DNA of 41,398 nucleotides from an uncultured Saprospiraceae bacterium (GTDB lineage Bacteria; Bacteroidota; Bacteroidia; Chitinophagales; Saprospiraceae): NCBI GenBank assembly GCA_964397575.1, contig CAYNJK010000001.1, positions 1 to 41,398 of the forward strand, read 5' to 3'. Shown piece by piece: positions 1 to 7,667 of this stretch (position 1 is its first letter; each line of letters starts with the position of its first letter). The notes under the pieces were generated by a model. It saw only the letters and a program-made list of their open reading frames with translations, ran no database searches and was not told where the DNA came from. The position numbers and the translations under genes were made by a program.

Positions 1-389
1 GAATAGAATTAGTTATGGTGCAGAACATTCTTAACTCTACAGGTAAAACCATCTACGTCGATAGTGAAAAGCTAATAGATGCTTCTACTGCAATATCTGG
101 CTCTGGACCCGCCTATGTCTTCTTTTATATCAATTCTCTTATAAAAACTGCTCAAGAGCTGGGCTTTAACCAATCCGAGGCCGAACTGATGGCTTATAAT
201 ACTTTTAAAGGTGCCATCGATTTATTCAATAAGAATAACTTCAGTTGCGAGCAGTGGATTTCGAAAGTAGCTTCGCGAGGTGGTACTACAGAAGCTGCTC
301 TGAACTCCTTTGAACAAAATAAAATAGACAATAAATTGGGAGCTGCTTATAAAGCGGCCTTTAACAGAGCAAGAGAACTTAGCCAATAG
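1..389 (+). CDS. proC: pyrroline-5-carboxylate reductase, C-terminal part (5' end lies outside the window)
   Basis: The frame is open to the window edge (…IELVMVQNIL…). The motifs SGSGPAYVFFYINSL and SRGGTTEAAL are typical of the ProC C-terminal half. Confidence 0.85.
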   Translation, partial: IELVMVQNILNSTGKTIYVDSEKLIDASTAISGSGPAYVFFYINSLIKTAQELGFNQSEAELMAYNTFKGAIDLFNKNNFSCEQWISKVASRGGTTEAALNSFEQNKIDNKLGAAYKAAFNRARELSQ

Positions 390-424
390 ACAACTATTCG
401 TCTTAATGATAACTAAGCCTTTTG

Positions 425-432
425 TACTTTTG
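425..432 (+). promoter_or_regulatory. candidate Bacteroidota sigma-A -7 element (TAnnTTTG) upstream of glyQS
   Basis: TACTTTTG lies 27 nt upstream of the GTG start at 460. No clear -33 TTG was seen. This is a motif match only. Confidence 0.3.
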
Positions 433-459
433 CATCCTTAACGAAAAAAAATAATACAC

Positions 460-1992
460 GTGGATTTTAAGAATCTTATCGCTCATTGTAAGGAATATGG
501 TTTCATCTTTCCGTCTAGTGAGATCTATGATGGCTTATCAGCTACTTATGACTACGGACCACTCGGAGTAGAACTAAAGAATAACATCAAACAATACTGG
601 TGGAAAAGCATGGTGCAAATGCATGCGAATATTGTCGGACTAGATGCCGCGATTTTTATGCACCCGAAAACCTGGAAAGCCTCTGGTCATGTGGATGCCT
701 TCAATGATCCCATGATAGATAATAAGAATTCTAAAAAGAGATACCGAGCTGATCAGCTGATAGAAGGATATGCAGAGAAGATAGAAGCCAAGATTCAAAA
801 AGATGTTGTCAAGGCAGCAAAGAAATTTGGGGATGCTTTCGACGAAAAACAATTCAGAGAAACGAACGGTCGTATTCTAGATCGACAAGCAAAAATAGAT
901 TACGCTATCCAGACCATGAATCAGCACATGAAAGATGAGAACATGGAGGGCTTAGGCGCCCTAATAGAGGAACTAGAAATAGCCTGCCCAGAAAGTGGGT
1001 CTAGAGAGTGGACCGATGTAAGACAGTTTAACCTCATGTTTTCCACCCAGCTCGGTGCAATTGCAGGAGAAGAAGGAAAAATATATCTGCGACCAGAAAC
1101 CGCGCAAGGAATCTTTGTCAATTTTCTGAACGTACAGAAATCTACCAGACAGAAATTACCATTTGGTATTGCACAAATAGGAAAGGCCTTCCGTAATGAA
1201 ATAGTTGCCCGTCAGTTCATTTTTAGAATGCGAGAGTTCGAACAAATGGAAATGCAATTTTTTGTGAAGCCAGGCGAAGAAATGAAGTGGTATGACTACT
1301 GGAAGCAAACAAGACTGGAATGGCATAAGGCACTAGGTACGCCAGCCGAAAACCTTAGGTACCATGACCATGACAACCTCGCACATTATGCCAATGCTGC
1401 TGTAGATATAGAATTCAAATTTCCGTTTGGTTTCCGTGAGCTGGAAGGCATTCATTCCAGAACTGATTTTGACCTGAAGAGTCACATGGAATTGTCTGGA
1501 AAAAAGATGCAATATTTTGACCCTACTATCAATGAAAGTTATGTTCCATTTGTAGTAGAGACCTCAGTAGGCTGTGACAGAATGTTCCTCTCACAAATAG
1601 GCCAGTCGTTACAAGAAGAAACTGTGCCAGATGCAGAAGGTAAAGAATCTACCAGAACGGTTATGAAACTACATCCGAGTATTGCTCCTGTAAAGGCAGC
1701 CGTACTGCCATTGCTTAAGAATAAAGAAGAACTGGTAAAAGCCTCTAAAGACGTCTTTAAAAAACTAAGTGCACATGTACTTTGCCAATACGATGAAAAA
1801 GATGCTATAGGAAGACGTTATAGAAGGCAAGATGCTATAGGCACACCGTACTCTATCACGATAGATTTTGAAACTTTGGAAGATAATACTGTGACAATAA
1901 GAGACAGAGATACTCTAGAACAAAAGAGAATAAAGATCGAAGATGTAGCCAGCACAGTAACAGAAAAATGCAATGTAAATCACATTTTGTAA
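460..1992 (+). CDS. glyQS: glycine--tRNA ligase (homodimeric class II GlyRS)
   Basis: 510 aa. The N-terminus reads YGFIFPSSEIYDGLSATYDYGPLGVELKNNIKQYWW. Class II core motifs are present (RPETAQGIF, FRNEI…RQFIFRMREFEQMEMQFF), followed by an anticodon-binding C-terminus. The start codon is GTG. Confidence 0.95.
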   Translation: MDFKNLIAHCKEYGFIFPSSEIYDGLSATYDYGPLGVELKNNIKQYWWKSMVQMHANIVGLDAAIFMHPKTWKASGHVDAFNDPMIDNKNSKKRYRADQLIEGYAEKIEAKIQKDVVKAAKKFGDAFDEKQFRETNGRILDRQAKIDYAIQTMNQHMKDENMEGLGALIEELEIACPESGSREWTDVRQFNLMFSTQLGAIAGEEGKIYLRPETAQGIFVNFLNVQKSTRQKLPFGIAQIGKAFRNEIVARQFIFRMREFEQMEMQFFVKPGEEMKWYDYWKQTRLEWHKALGTPAENLRYHDHDNLAHYANAAVDIEFKFPFGFRELEGIHSRTDFDLKSHMELSGKKMQYFDPTINESYVPFVVETSVGCDRMFLSQIGQSLQEETVPDAEGKESTRTVMKLHPSIAPVKAAVLPLLKNKEELVKASKDVFKKLSAHVLCQYDEKDAIGRRYRRQDAIGTPYSITIDFETLEDNTVTIRDRDTLEQKRIKIEDVASTVTEKCNVNHIL

Positions 1993-1993
1993 G

Positions 1994-2638
1994 TTGATAG
2001 ACAAGGAAAAAAGAACACTAATCTTTGACTTCGGCAATGTCCTAATAAACTTAGACTATCCGAAGTGCTTCAGTACATTTTACAAGGTGCTGGGTCAAGA
2101 CTTTTCTAAAGGACTTCCAGACAAAACAAAAGAACATTTATTCCGCTACGAAAGAGGTCAGATAAATACGGAAGCTTTTCTGTGGCATTTACAGCAATAC
2201 AAACCGGAAGCAGAAGTCAGAGAAATAATATCTGCTTGGAATGAGGTATTGGGAGAATTACCACTCAGCAGACTTCAGATGGTAGCTGAACTTAGAAAGA
2301 ACTACAACGTTGTTTTACTAAGTAATATTAATGACCTCCATGAAAAAGACATTCACAAGTATGTGAAAAATGTCCTCCATATAGAAGATTTTCATGCCGA
2401 CTATTTTGACAAAGTATACTATTCGCATCTTATAAAACTGCGCAAGCCGGATAGAGAAATTTATGATTACGTCACTTCTGACCTAGACGTAAAGCCAGAG
2501 TCTATTCTATTTATAGATGACATGGAAGTAAACATAGCAGCTTGCAAAGCTGCAGGATGGAATGGTGTCACACATAACCCCGAGGAAGACATAATCAACA
2601 ATATATCTTCCTACATAAAAAGAGGGTTTTCTAGCTGA
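1994..2638 (+). CDS. HAD-superfamily hydrolase (subfamily IA-like phosphatase)
   Basis: HAD motif I is LIFDFGNVL, motif II-like is VLLSNIN, and motif IV-like is LFIDDMEVNI. A TTG start sits 1 nt after the glyQS stop. There is no in-frame ATG ahead of motif I. Confidence 0.8.
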   Translation: MIDKEKRTLIFDFGNVLINLDYPKCFSTFYKVLGQDFSKGLPDKTKEHLFRYERGQINTEAFLWHLQQYKPEAEVREIISAWNEVLGELPLSRLQMVAELRKNYNVVLLSNINDLHEKDIHKYVKNVLHIEDFHADYFDKVYYSHLIKLRKPDREIYDYVTSDLDVKPESILFIDDMEVNIAACKAAGWNGVTHNPEEDIINNISSYIKRGFSS

Positions 2639-2641
2639 CCT

Positions 2642-3031
2642 TTACCAAGTATTCTCTAAATCTTTAGGCTCGAAAGTATAGTTACGTTCTATAAAATAAG
2701 AGCTCTCCTTTTTCTTAAGCTGCAACAAATCTTTTCTGAACAACTTCGACAAGAGTGATACTGGCAAGAGTACTAAGAAGAAAATAATAGATAATAGTAC
2801 TCTGGAATTTATGAAGCCTATAGCAGCCATCAACTTACCCCAGGCTAGAGTAAGAACCTTAGCAAATGACTTTGACAAGAGTGAGAAAAAGCCTAAACCA
2901 AAAGATATATATAAGAACCAGTTTGCATAGGCAAATCGGTTTCTGCTAAAAAAATACAAAATCATCAGAAACAAAACTATACTAAGTAAGACTTCATAGT
3001 CATGGCCTCTGGTCTCTTCGGTCTTCCTCAT
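2642..3031 (-). CDS. SxtJ-family small membrane protein
   Basis: 129 aa with about 3 hydrophobic helices. The C-terminal tail …KKKESSYFIERNYTFEPKDLENTW matches my recollection of the SxtJ family consensus. Its ATG overlaps the stop of the upstream 49-aa ORF (TGATG). Confidence 0.7.
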   Translation of the reverse strand: MRKTEETRGHDYEVLLSIVLFLMILYFFSRNRFAYANWFLYISFGLGFFSLLSKSFAKVLTLAWGKLMAAIGFINSRVLLSIIFFLVLLPVSLLSKLFRKDLLQLKKKESSYFIERNYTFEPKDLENTW

Positions 3032-3180
3032 CAGAAAAGTGTATACACAAATGAGCCAACAGCACTACTTTCAGCAAAAATTAAAAGTGCACCTACGAGC
3101 AACATAATAATGATAATAGGAGCCAACCACCATTTTTTCCGCTCTTTAAGAAAAAGAAATAAATCTTTTAGAAACTCCAC
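3031..3180 (-). CDS. DUF5989 / SxtK-like 49-aa single-pass membrane peptide (not in the supplied ORF track)
   Basis: Hand translation of the minus strand gives (GTG)M-EFLKDLFLFLKERKKWWLAPIIIIMLLVGALLIFAESSAVGSFVYTLF-stop. It starts 10 nt after the carbamoyltransferase stop, and its stop overlaps the SxtJ start by 1 nt. Confidence 0.7.
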   Translation of the reverse strand: MEFLKDLFLFLKERKKWWLAPIIIIMLLVGALLIFAESSAVGSFVYTLF

Positions 3181-3190
3181 AAGTATAGTT

Positions 3191-5050
3191 TTAGTCTAGT
3201 TCAAATTGCTCTATATGAGCCTTCTTATCCACATCAAAATTCTGTTCCCGCTTATCCAGTATATAATTACCAATGACAAGATAATCCATTTCTGTAAACT
3301 TAAAACAATTAAGCGCATCCATCGGCGTACAGACAATAGGTTCTCCTCTTACATTGAAACTAGTATTGATAATCACACTGCAACCGGTAAGCTTTTTGAA
3401 CTCTGAAATGAGCTGATGGTAACGAGGATTAGTCTCCTTATGCACAGTCTGGATCCTTCCAGTATAATCTACATGTGTAATAGAAGGCAGATCAGACCGC
3501 ATGACCGCTAACTTATCTTTTATACTTAATTCGTGATAATCATCTGGGGGTGCTATGGACCTATCCTTGTTCACGTGCTTTACCAGTAACATATATGGCG
3601 AGATATCATCATGCTCAAAGTAGTCTGAAATGTCCTCTTCCAAGACAGACGGTGCAAAAGGTCGGAAACTCTCTCTGTATTTAATTTTCAGGTTAAGCTT
3701 TCTTTGCATTTCAGGATTAGTAGGATCTGCAATGATACTTCTGTTGCCCAGTGCCCTCGGACCGAATTCCATCCTACCTTGGAACCATCCTATTGCATTC
3801 CCTGTAGAGATAAGTTCCGCTGTTTTCTTAGTCAACTCAGATACAGAATCATACTTGACAAAAGGGGCTTTCATTTTTTTGATAGCCTGTTTTATTTCTT
3901 TATCAGAATAGCTTGGCCCCAAATAAGACCCCTGCATAAGGTCTCCATTTTTCGTGTCTAGATCTTGTTGGAAATAAATGTGGGAAGCAGCTTGGGCAGC
4001 ACCTAGAGCACCGCCTGCATCTCCAGCGGCTGGCTGAATAAAAACATTCTCAAAGATACCAGAGTCATACAATTTACCATTAGAAACACAATTAAGTGCA
4101 ACACCACCTGCAAGACATAAGTTAGGACTGTCCGTTAGCTGCCTGACAGTTTTTGCCAGATTGAGTACAACCTCCTCTGTTATGTGCTGGATGGCCAGGG
4201 CTAAATTCATGTGTGCCATAGTCAGCTTTTCCTCCGCAACCCTTTTCGGTATACCAAAAAGTTGTTCCCACTTTCTATCAGAAACCATCCGTAGTCCAGT
4301 GGAATAATTGAAGTAAGACTGATCTAGCCAGACAGAACCGTCATCTTTGAGATCTATTAATTTTTCCTTGATAATTTTCTTAAATGTATTGTATTGCTCT
4401 GACTGAGGGTTGCCATATGGTGCAAGACCCATCATTTTATACTCTCCAGAATTCACTTTAAATCCCAAGAAATAAGTGAAGGCAGAATACAGCAGACCGA
4501 GGGAATGGGGGAAATTCAGTTCCTTTAGTACCGTTATCTTATTTCCTTTGCCGTGACATAGAGAAATAGTCGCCCACTCTCCTACTCCATCTATAGTTAA
4601 TATTGCAGCTTCATTATAAGGGGATGGATAATATGCACTAGCGGCATGAGAAAGATGGTGTTCAGGAAATAGTAATTTCAGCGATTTCTTGTCGTAACTA
4701 GAAACTTCCTCTAGACCCGACCGGATACGTTTTTTTAAGAATAATTTTTCTTTCACCCACACTGGAACTGATTGTATAAAAGAAGCCAATCCTTTAGGTG
4801 AGAATCCATAATAAGTTTCCAGTAACCGTTCGAACTTGAGCATGGGCTTGTCATAGAAGGCAATAGCATCCAAGTCATCTATTTCTAATCCTGCCTCTTC
4901 CAGACAATATCGTATAGCATGGACAGGAAAGGAAGGGTCATGTTTCTTTCTGGTAAACCGCTCTTCCTGAGCAGCAGCTATGATTCTATTGCCATCTATA
5001 AGTGCTGCAGCAGCATCATGATAATATGCAGATATGCCTAGTATTTTCAG
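3191..5050 (-). CDS. carbamoyltransferase (NodU/CmcH/SxtI family); 5' end extended to a CTG codon
   Basis: Motifs seen: PEHHLSHAASAYY, LAGGVALNCVSN and NTSFNVRGEPIVCTP. The track ORF starts at a TTG at 4873, but the same frame stays open upstream. That stretch encodes the conserved family N-terminus LKILGISAYYHDAAAALIDGNRIIAAAQEERFTRKKHDPSFP… The family call is confident; the start codon is uncertain. Confidence 0.85.
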   Translation of the reverse strand: MKILGISAYYHDAAAALIDGNRIIAAAQEERFTRKKHDPSFPVHAIRYCLEEAGLEIDDLDAIAFYDKPMLKFERLLETYYGFSPKGLASFIQSVPVWVKEKLFLKKRIRSGLEEVSSYDKKSLKLLFPEHHLSHAASAYYPSPYNEAAILTIDGVGEWATISLCHGKGNKITVLKELNFPHSLGLLYSAFTYFLGFKVNSGEYKMMGLAPYGNPQSEQYNTFKKIIKEKLIDLKDDGSVWLDQSYFNYSTGLRMVSDRKWEQLFGIPKRVAEEKLTMAHMNLALAIQHITEEVVLNLAKTVRQLTDSPNLCLAGGVALNCVSNGKLYDSGIFENVFIQPAAGDAGGALGAAQAASHIYFQQDLDTKNGDLMQGSYLGPSYSDKEIKQAIKKMKAPFVKYDSVSELTKKTAELISTGNAIGWFQGRMEFGPRALGNRSIIADPTNPEMQRKLNLKIKYRESFRPFAPSVLEEDISDYFEHDDISPYMLLVKHVNKDRSIAPPDDYHELSIKDKLAVMRSDLPSITHVDYTGRIQTVHKETNPRYHQLISEFKKLTGCSVIINTSFNVRGEPIVCTPMDALNCFKFTEMDYLVIGNYILDKREQNFDVDKKAHIEQFELD

Positions 5051-5055
5051 ATCGC

Positions 5056-6105
5056 TTAATTCTGCTGGGTTCGTAATATAGATCTTATGGTGTCTTGCAT
5101 CTGAACTGCGATCATCTCATGTCCCAATTCAGTCCAGTGATACCCATCTGCAGTTCTGACAGCTGGATTACTTTGTTCCTGCTGCTTTACATAATTAGCT
5201 GGACCCGAAAGACAAGGAATATTATGGGGCTTGCAAAGACTATGCATATCAGTTGCATATGGTTCAAAATGGCTAGCTATTAATACTACTAAAGGAATTC
5301 CTTTCGCCTCAGTTAGGTTTTTGATTTTCGCCATGCAGTCTTTTGTGATATCCCAACTTACCTTATAGGGTTCGTAATCTAATCCTTGTTCATTTATATA
5401 ATACTGAGCACTCTTACTAGCATCAAAAGAAGTCTGGAATTTTTTCCTAATTAACTTGAGGAACTTAGACTTATCATTTATCCTTTGCCATAAAGGATAC
5501 GGCCTTCTAAATACTGCTTTTCCATTTGGAAGCAAATAAGGTCTTTCTTCTCCTACCTTATAGGAGCTAAGCATTTCTAACGGAGCATAATTATCTATAA
5601 AGTCGTTATCACATACCTGTAGAATTACTATATCAGGCTCTAGTAGATCTATATGTTCTTCTAGAAAGAGATATTGCTGATAGGTGCCATATCCAGCCTG
5701 ACCATAGGAAAACAGCTCCAGGTCCAAGCTATCAGCTAGAAAATCTGCGTAAGTTTTTCCATTGTTTGCTTCTACTGCCTGTGTATATGAATCTCCTAAA
5801 GTAAATATCCTCTGCTTCGTACTGTTAAGATCGCCAAAAGGTCTAAATCCTAAACTGTCGGTCTGATAGACCACCTTGTAAGATCCACCACCTTTAATTC
5901 TAGCCTCATATTCAGCCTTATAGAAAGACTTAGTTCGCCATCCTAGCTGGTCATCTAGTTCAGCTTTCTTATAATAAGGTGTACTCTCTGAAAATGCCCT
6001 CGTCAGCAGCTCTGCGGGGATAAGAATTATAAGAAGTATTAGGAAAATTCCTATAATCCAAAAGAGTAAGGCTTTAGGCTTTGATATGTGTTTTTCTGAT
6101 TTCAA
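5056..6105 (-). CDS. membrane-anchored SGNH/GDSL-family hydrolase
   Basis: There is an N-terminal TM helix (LLFWIIGIFLILLIILIP). Block I is FTLGDSYTQ, block III-like is VCDNDF, and block V is DGYHWTELGH (DxxH). The stop lies 5 nt before the proposed carbamoyltransferase start. Confidence 0.7.
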   Translation of the reverse strand: MKSEKHISKPKALLFWIIGIFLILLIILIPAELLTRAFSESTPYYKKAELDDQLGWRTKSFYKAEYEARIKGGGSYKVVYQTDSLGFRPFGDLNSTKQRIFTLGDSYTQAVEANNGKTYADFLADSLDLELFSYGQAGYGTYQQYLFLEEHIDLLEPDIVILQVCDNDFIDNYAPLEMLSSYKVGEERPYLLPNGKAVFRRPYPLWQRINDKSKFLKLIRKKFQTSFDASKSAQYYINEQGLDYEPYKVSWDITKDCMAKIKNLTEAKGIPLVVLIASHFEPYATDMHSLCKPHNIPCLSGPANYVKQQEQSNPAVRTADGYHWTELGHEMIAVQMQDTIRSILRTQQN

Positions 6106-6202
6106 GGACTGACGTAAATATAGCCAATAATAATTTTTATGCCTGTCTCAGAAAAGCCTAATCATCTGGACTGACTGAGAAAAAGAAGACAGAGCTGATA
6201 AC

Positions 6203-6240
6203 AAAAAACGGTCTCTACTCTAAGGGAAAGACCGTTTTTG
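6203..6240 (-). terminator. intrinsic terminator-like hairpin downstream of the MscS-family gene
   Basis: AAAAACGGTCT…AGACCGTTTTT is an inverted repeat with flanking A and T tracts. It lies 23 nt past the stop at 6263. Confidence 0.5.
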
Positions 6241-6262
6241 TAATGCTATATGTAGCTTAATG

Positions 6263-7108
6263 CTAGTTCGCTGGAACCATATTTATATCCATAGTAGGAT
6301 AAGGTATACCTATTCCTTGCTTGTCGAACTCTTTCTTTACATTTTCCTGCATGAAAAACAAGGTATCCCAGTAATGCTCACTTTTACAGAAAGGTCTTGT
6401 TGCAAGATTTACGGAGCTATCACCTAGCTCTGCCACAACTACTCCCTGTTCCGGACTATCAAGGATATAAGGGCAGCTACTACCGACATCTAAAATAATT
6501 TTTCTTGCCTTATCGATGTCATCACCGTATCCGATACCGAATGTGAGCTCTACACCTACTTCGCCTTGTCCTGATATGTTAGTTATATCATTTCCAGTCA
6601 CATTACTATTAGCAATTATGATCCTTTGGTTATCTAGCGTTTTTAAGGTCGTATTGAAAGCATTGATAGCGTCTACTGTACCAATGGTAGCACCCCCTCC
6701 TATTTTCACTAGATCTCCTACTTTGAACGGCCTGAAAATCATAAGCATAATTCCTGATGCAACATGACCAATAGTACCATTTAAGGCCATTCCTATACCG
6801 ACCATTAAAGCTGAGAAAATTGCTATAAATGAGGTTGTATTGACTCCAAACATTCCTGCAACTGATAAGAGCAGCATTATCTTTAGAGCTATACTGATAA
6901 GTGAAGATAAGAACTTAGCTAGTGTATCGTCCATCCCTGATCTAGCTATCCCGTTTCCAGCAAAACTCACGATCTTACCTATAATCCAAAAACCTATAAC
7001 TAAGGTTACCAAAGCCAATAATAACTTAGGCGCAAATTCTATCGCCATATCTATCCCTTTGTCAGCATACTTTGCCAACCCTGTTACTGCTTCCGCTGTT
7101 TCTTCCAT
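6263..7108 (-). CDS. mechanosensitive ion channel, MscS family
   Basis: 281 aa with three N-terminal TM helices. These are followed by the MscS beta-domain signature FRPFKVGDLVKIGGGATIGTVDAINAFNTTLKTLDNQRIIIANS. Confidence 0.9.
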   Translation of the reverse strand: MEETAEAVTGLAKYADKGIDMAIEFAPKLLLALVTLVIGFWIIGKIVSFAGNGIARSGMDDTLAKFLSSLISIALKIMLLLSVAGMFGVNTTSFIAIFSALMVGIGMALNGTIGHVASGIMLMIFRPFKVGDLVKIGGGATIGTVDAINAFNTTLKTLDNQRIIIANSNVTGNDITNISGQGEVGVELTFGIGYGDDIDKARKIILDVGSSCPYILDSPEQGVVVAELGDSSVNLATRPFCKSEHYWDTLFFMQENVKKEFDKQGIGIPYPTMDINMVPAN

Positions 7109-7197
7109 TTGTCTAAAAAATTTATTGTTTACTTTTAATTATCAAAAAATATCAAGATCAATATAATAGTCCCTCTTCATATTTCAAATTTTATTAA

Positions 7198-7665
7198 TTG
7201 AAAGTATCACAAATGTTAGCTTATGAGAAGCTAAAGCGATATTGCACCTACCAAGATAGGTGTCATCAAGAAGTAAGAACCAAGTTGATAGCTATAAAAA
7301 TCTATGGAGATGACCTCGAGGAAATCATTGCAGAACTCATAAGTGAGGATTATCTCAATGAAGAAAGATATGCACGGTCTTATACAAGAGGTAAGTTTCG
7401 AATGAAAAAATGGGGAAGAAACAAAATTCGCTATCAACTCTATGGTAAAAAAATTTCCGACTACTGTATCAAGAAAGGCCTAGAAGAAATAGATGAGCAA
7501 GAGTATGTAGATACCGTCAAACTTATACTAGAAAATCAGCTGCAAAAACATGAAGCCAAGGGTGCAATTATTGCCAAGGATAAAGCTATAAAATATGCTA
7601 CCTCTAGAGGCTATGAATCAAATCTTATCTTTAATGTTATCAGAGAATTAGAAATAAAAAAGTAA
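7198..7665 (+). CDS. recX: recombination regulator RecX
   Basis: 155 aa of helical repeat protein. YCTYQDRCHQEVRTKL…DYLNEERYARSYTRGKF…WGRNKIRYQLYGKKIS follows the RecX pattern. The real start may be the ATG at 7213. Confidence 0.8.
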   Translation: MKVSQMLAYEKLKRYCTYQDRCHQEVRTKLIAIKIYGDDLEEIIAELISEDYLNEERYARSYTRGKFRMKKWGRNKIRYQLYGKKISDYCIKKGLEEIDEQEYVDTVKLILENQLQKHEAKGAIIAKDKAIKYATSRGYESNLIFNVIRELEIKK

Positions 7666-7667
7666 GA

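Noticed and set aside
3002..3199. 65-aa plus-strand ORF from the track, between the SxtJ-like and carbamoyltransferase genes
   Set aside because: It lies exactly antisense to a better-supported 49-aa DUF5989-like minus-strand gene that is translationally coupled to its neighbours. The plus-strand product has no signal or family features.
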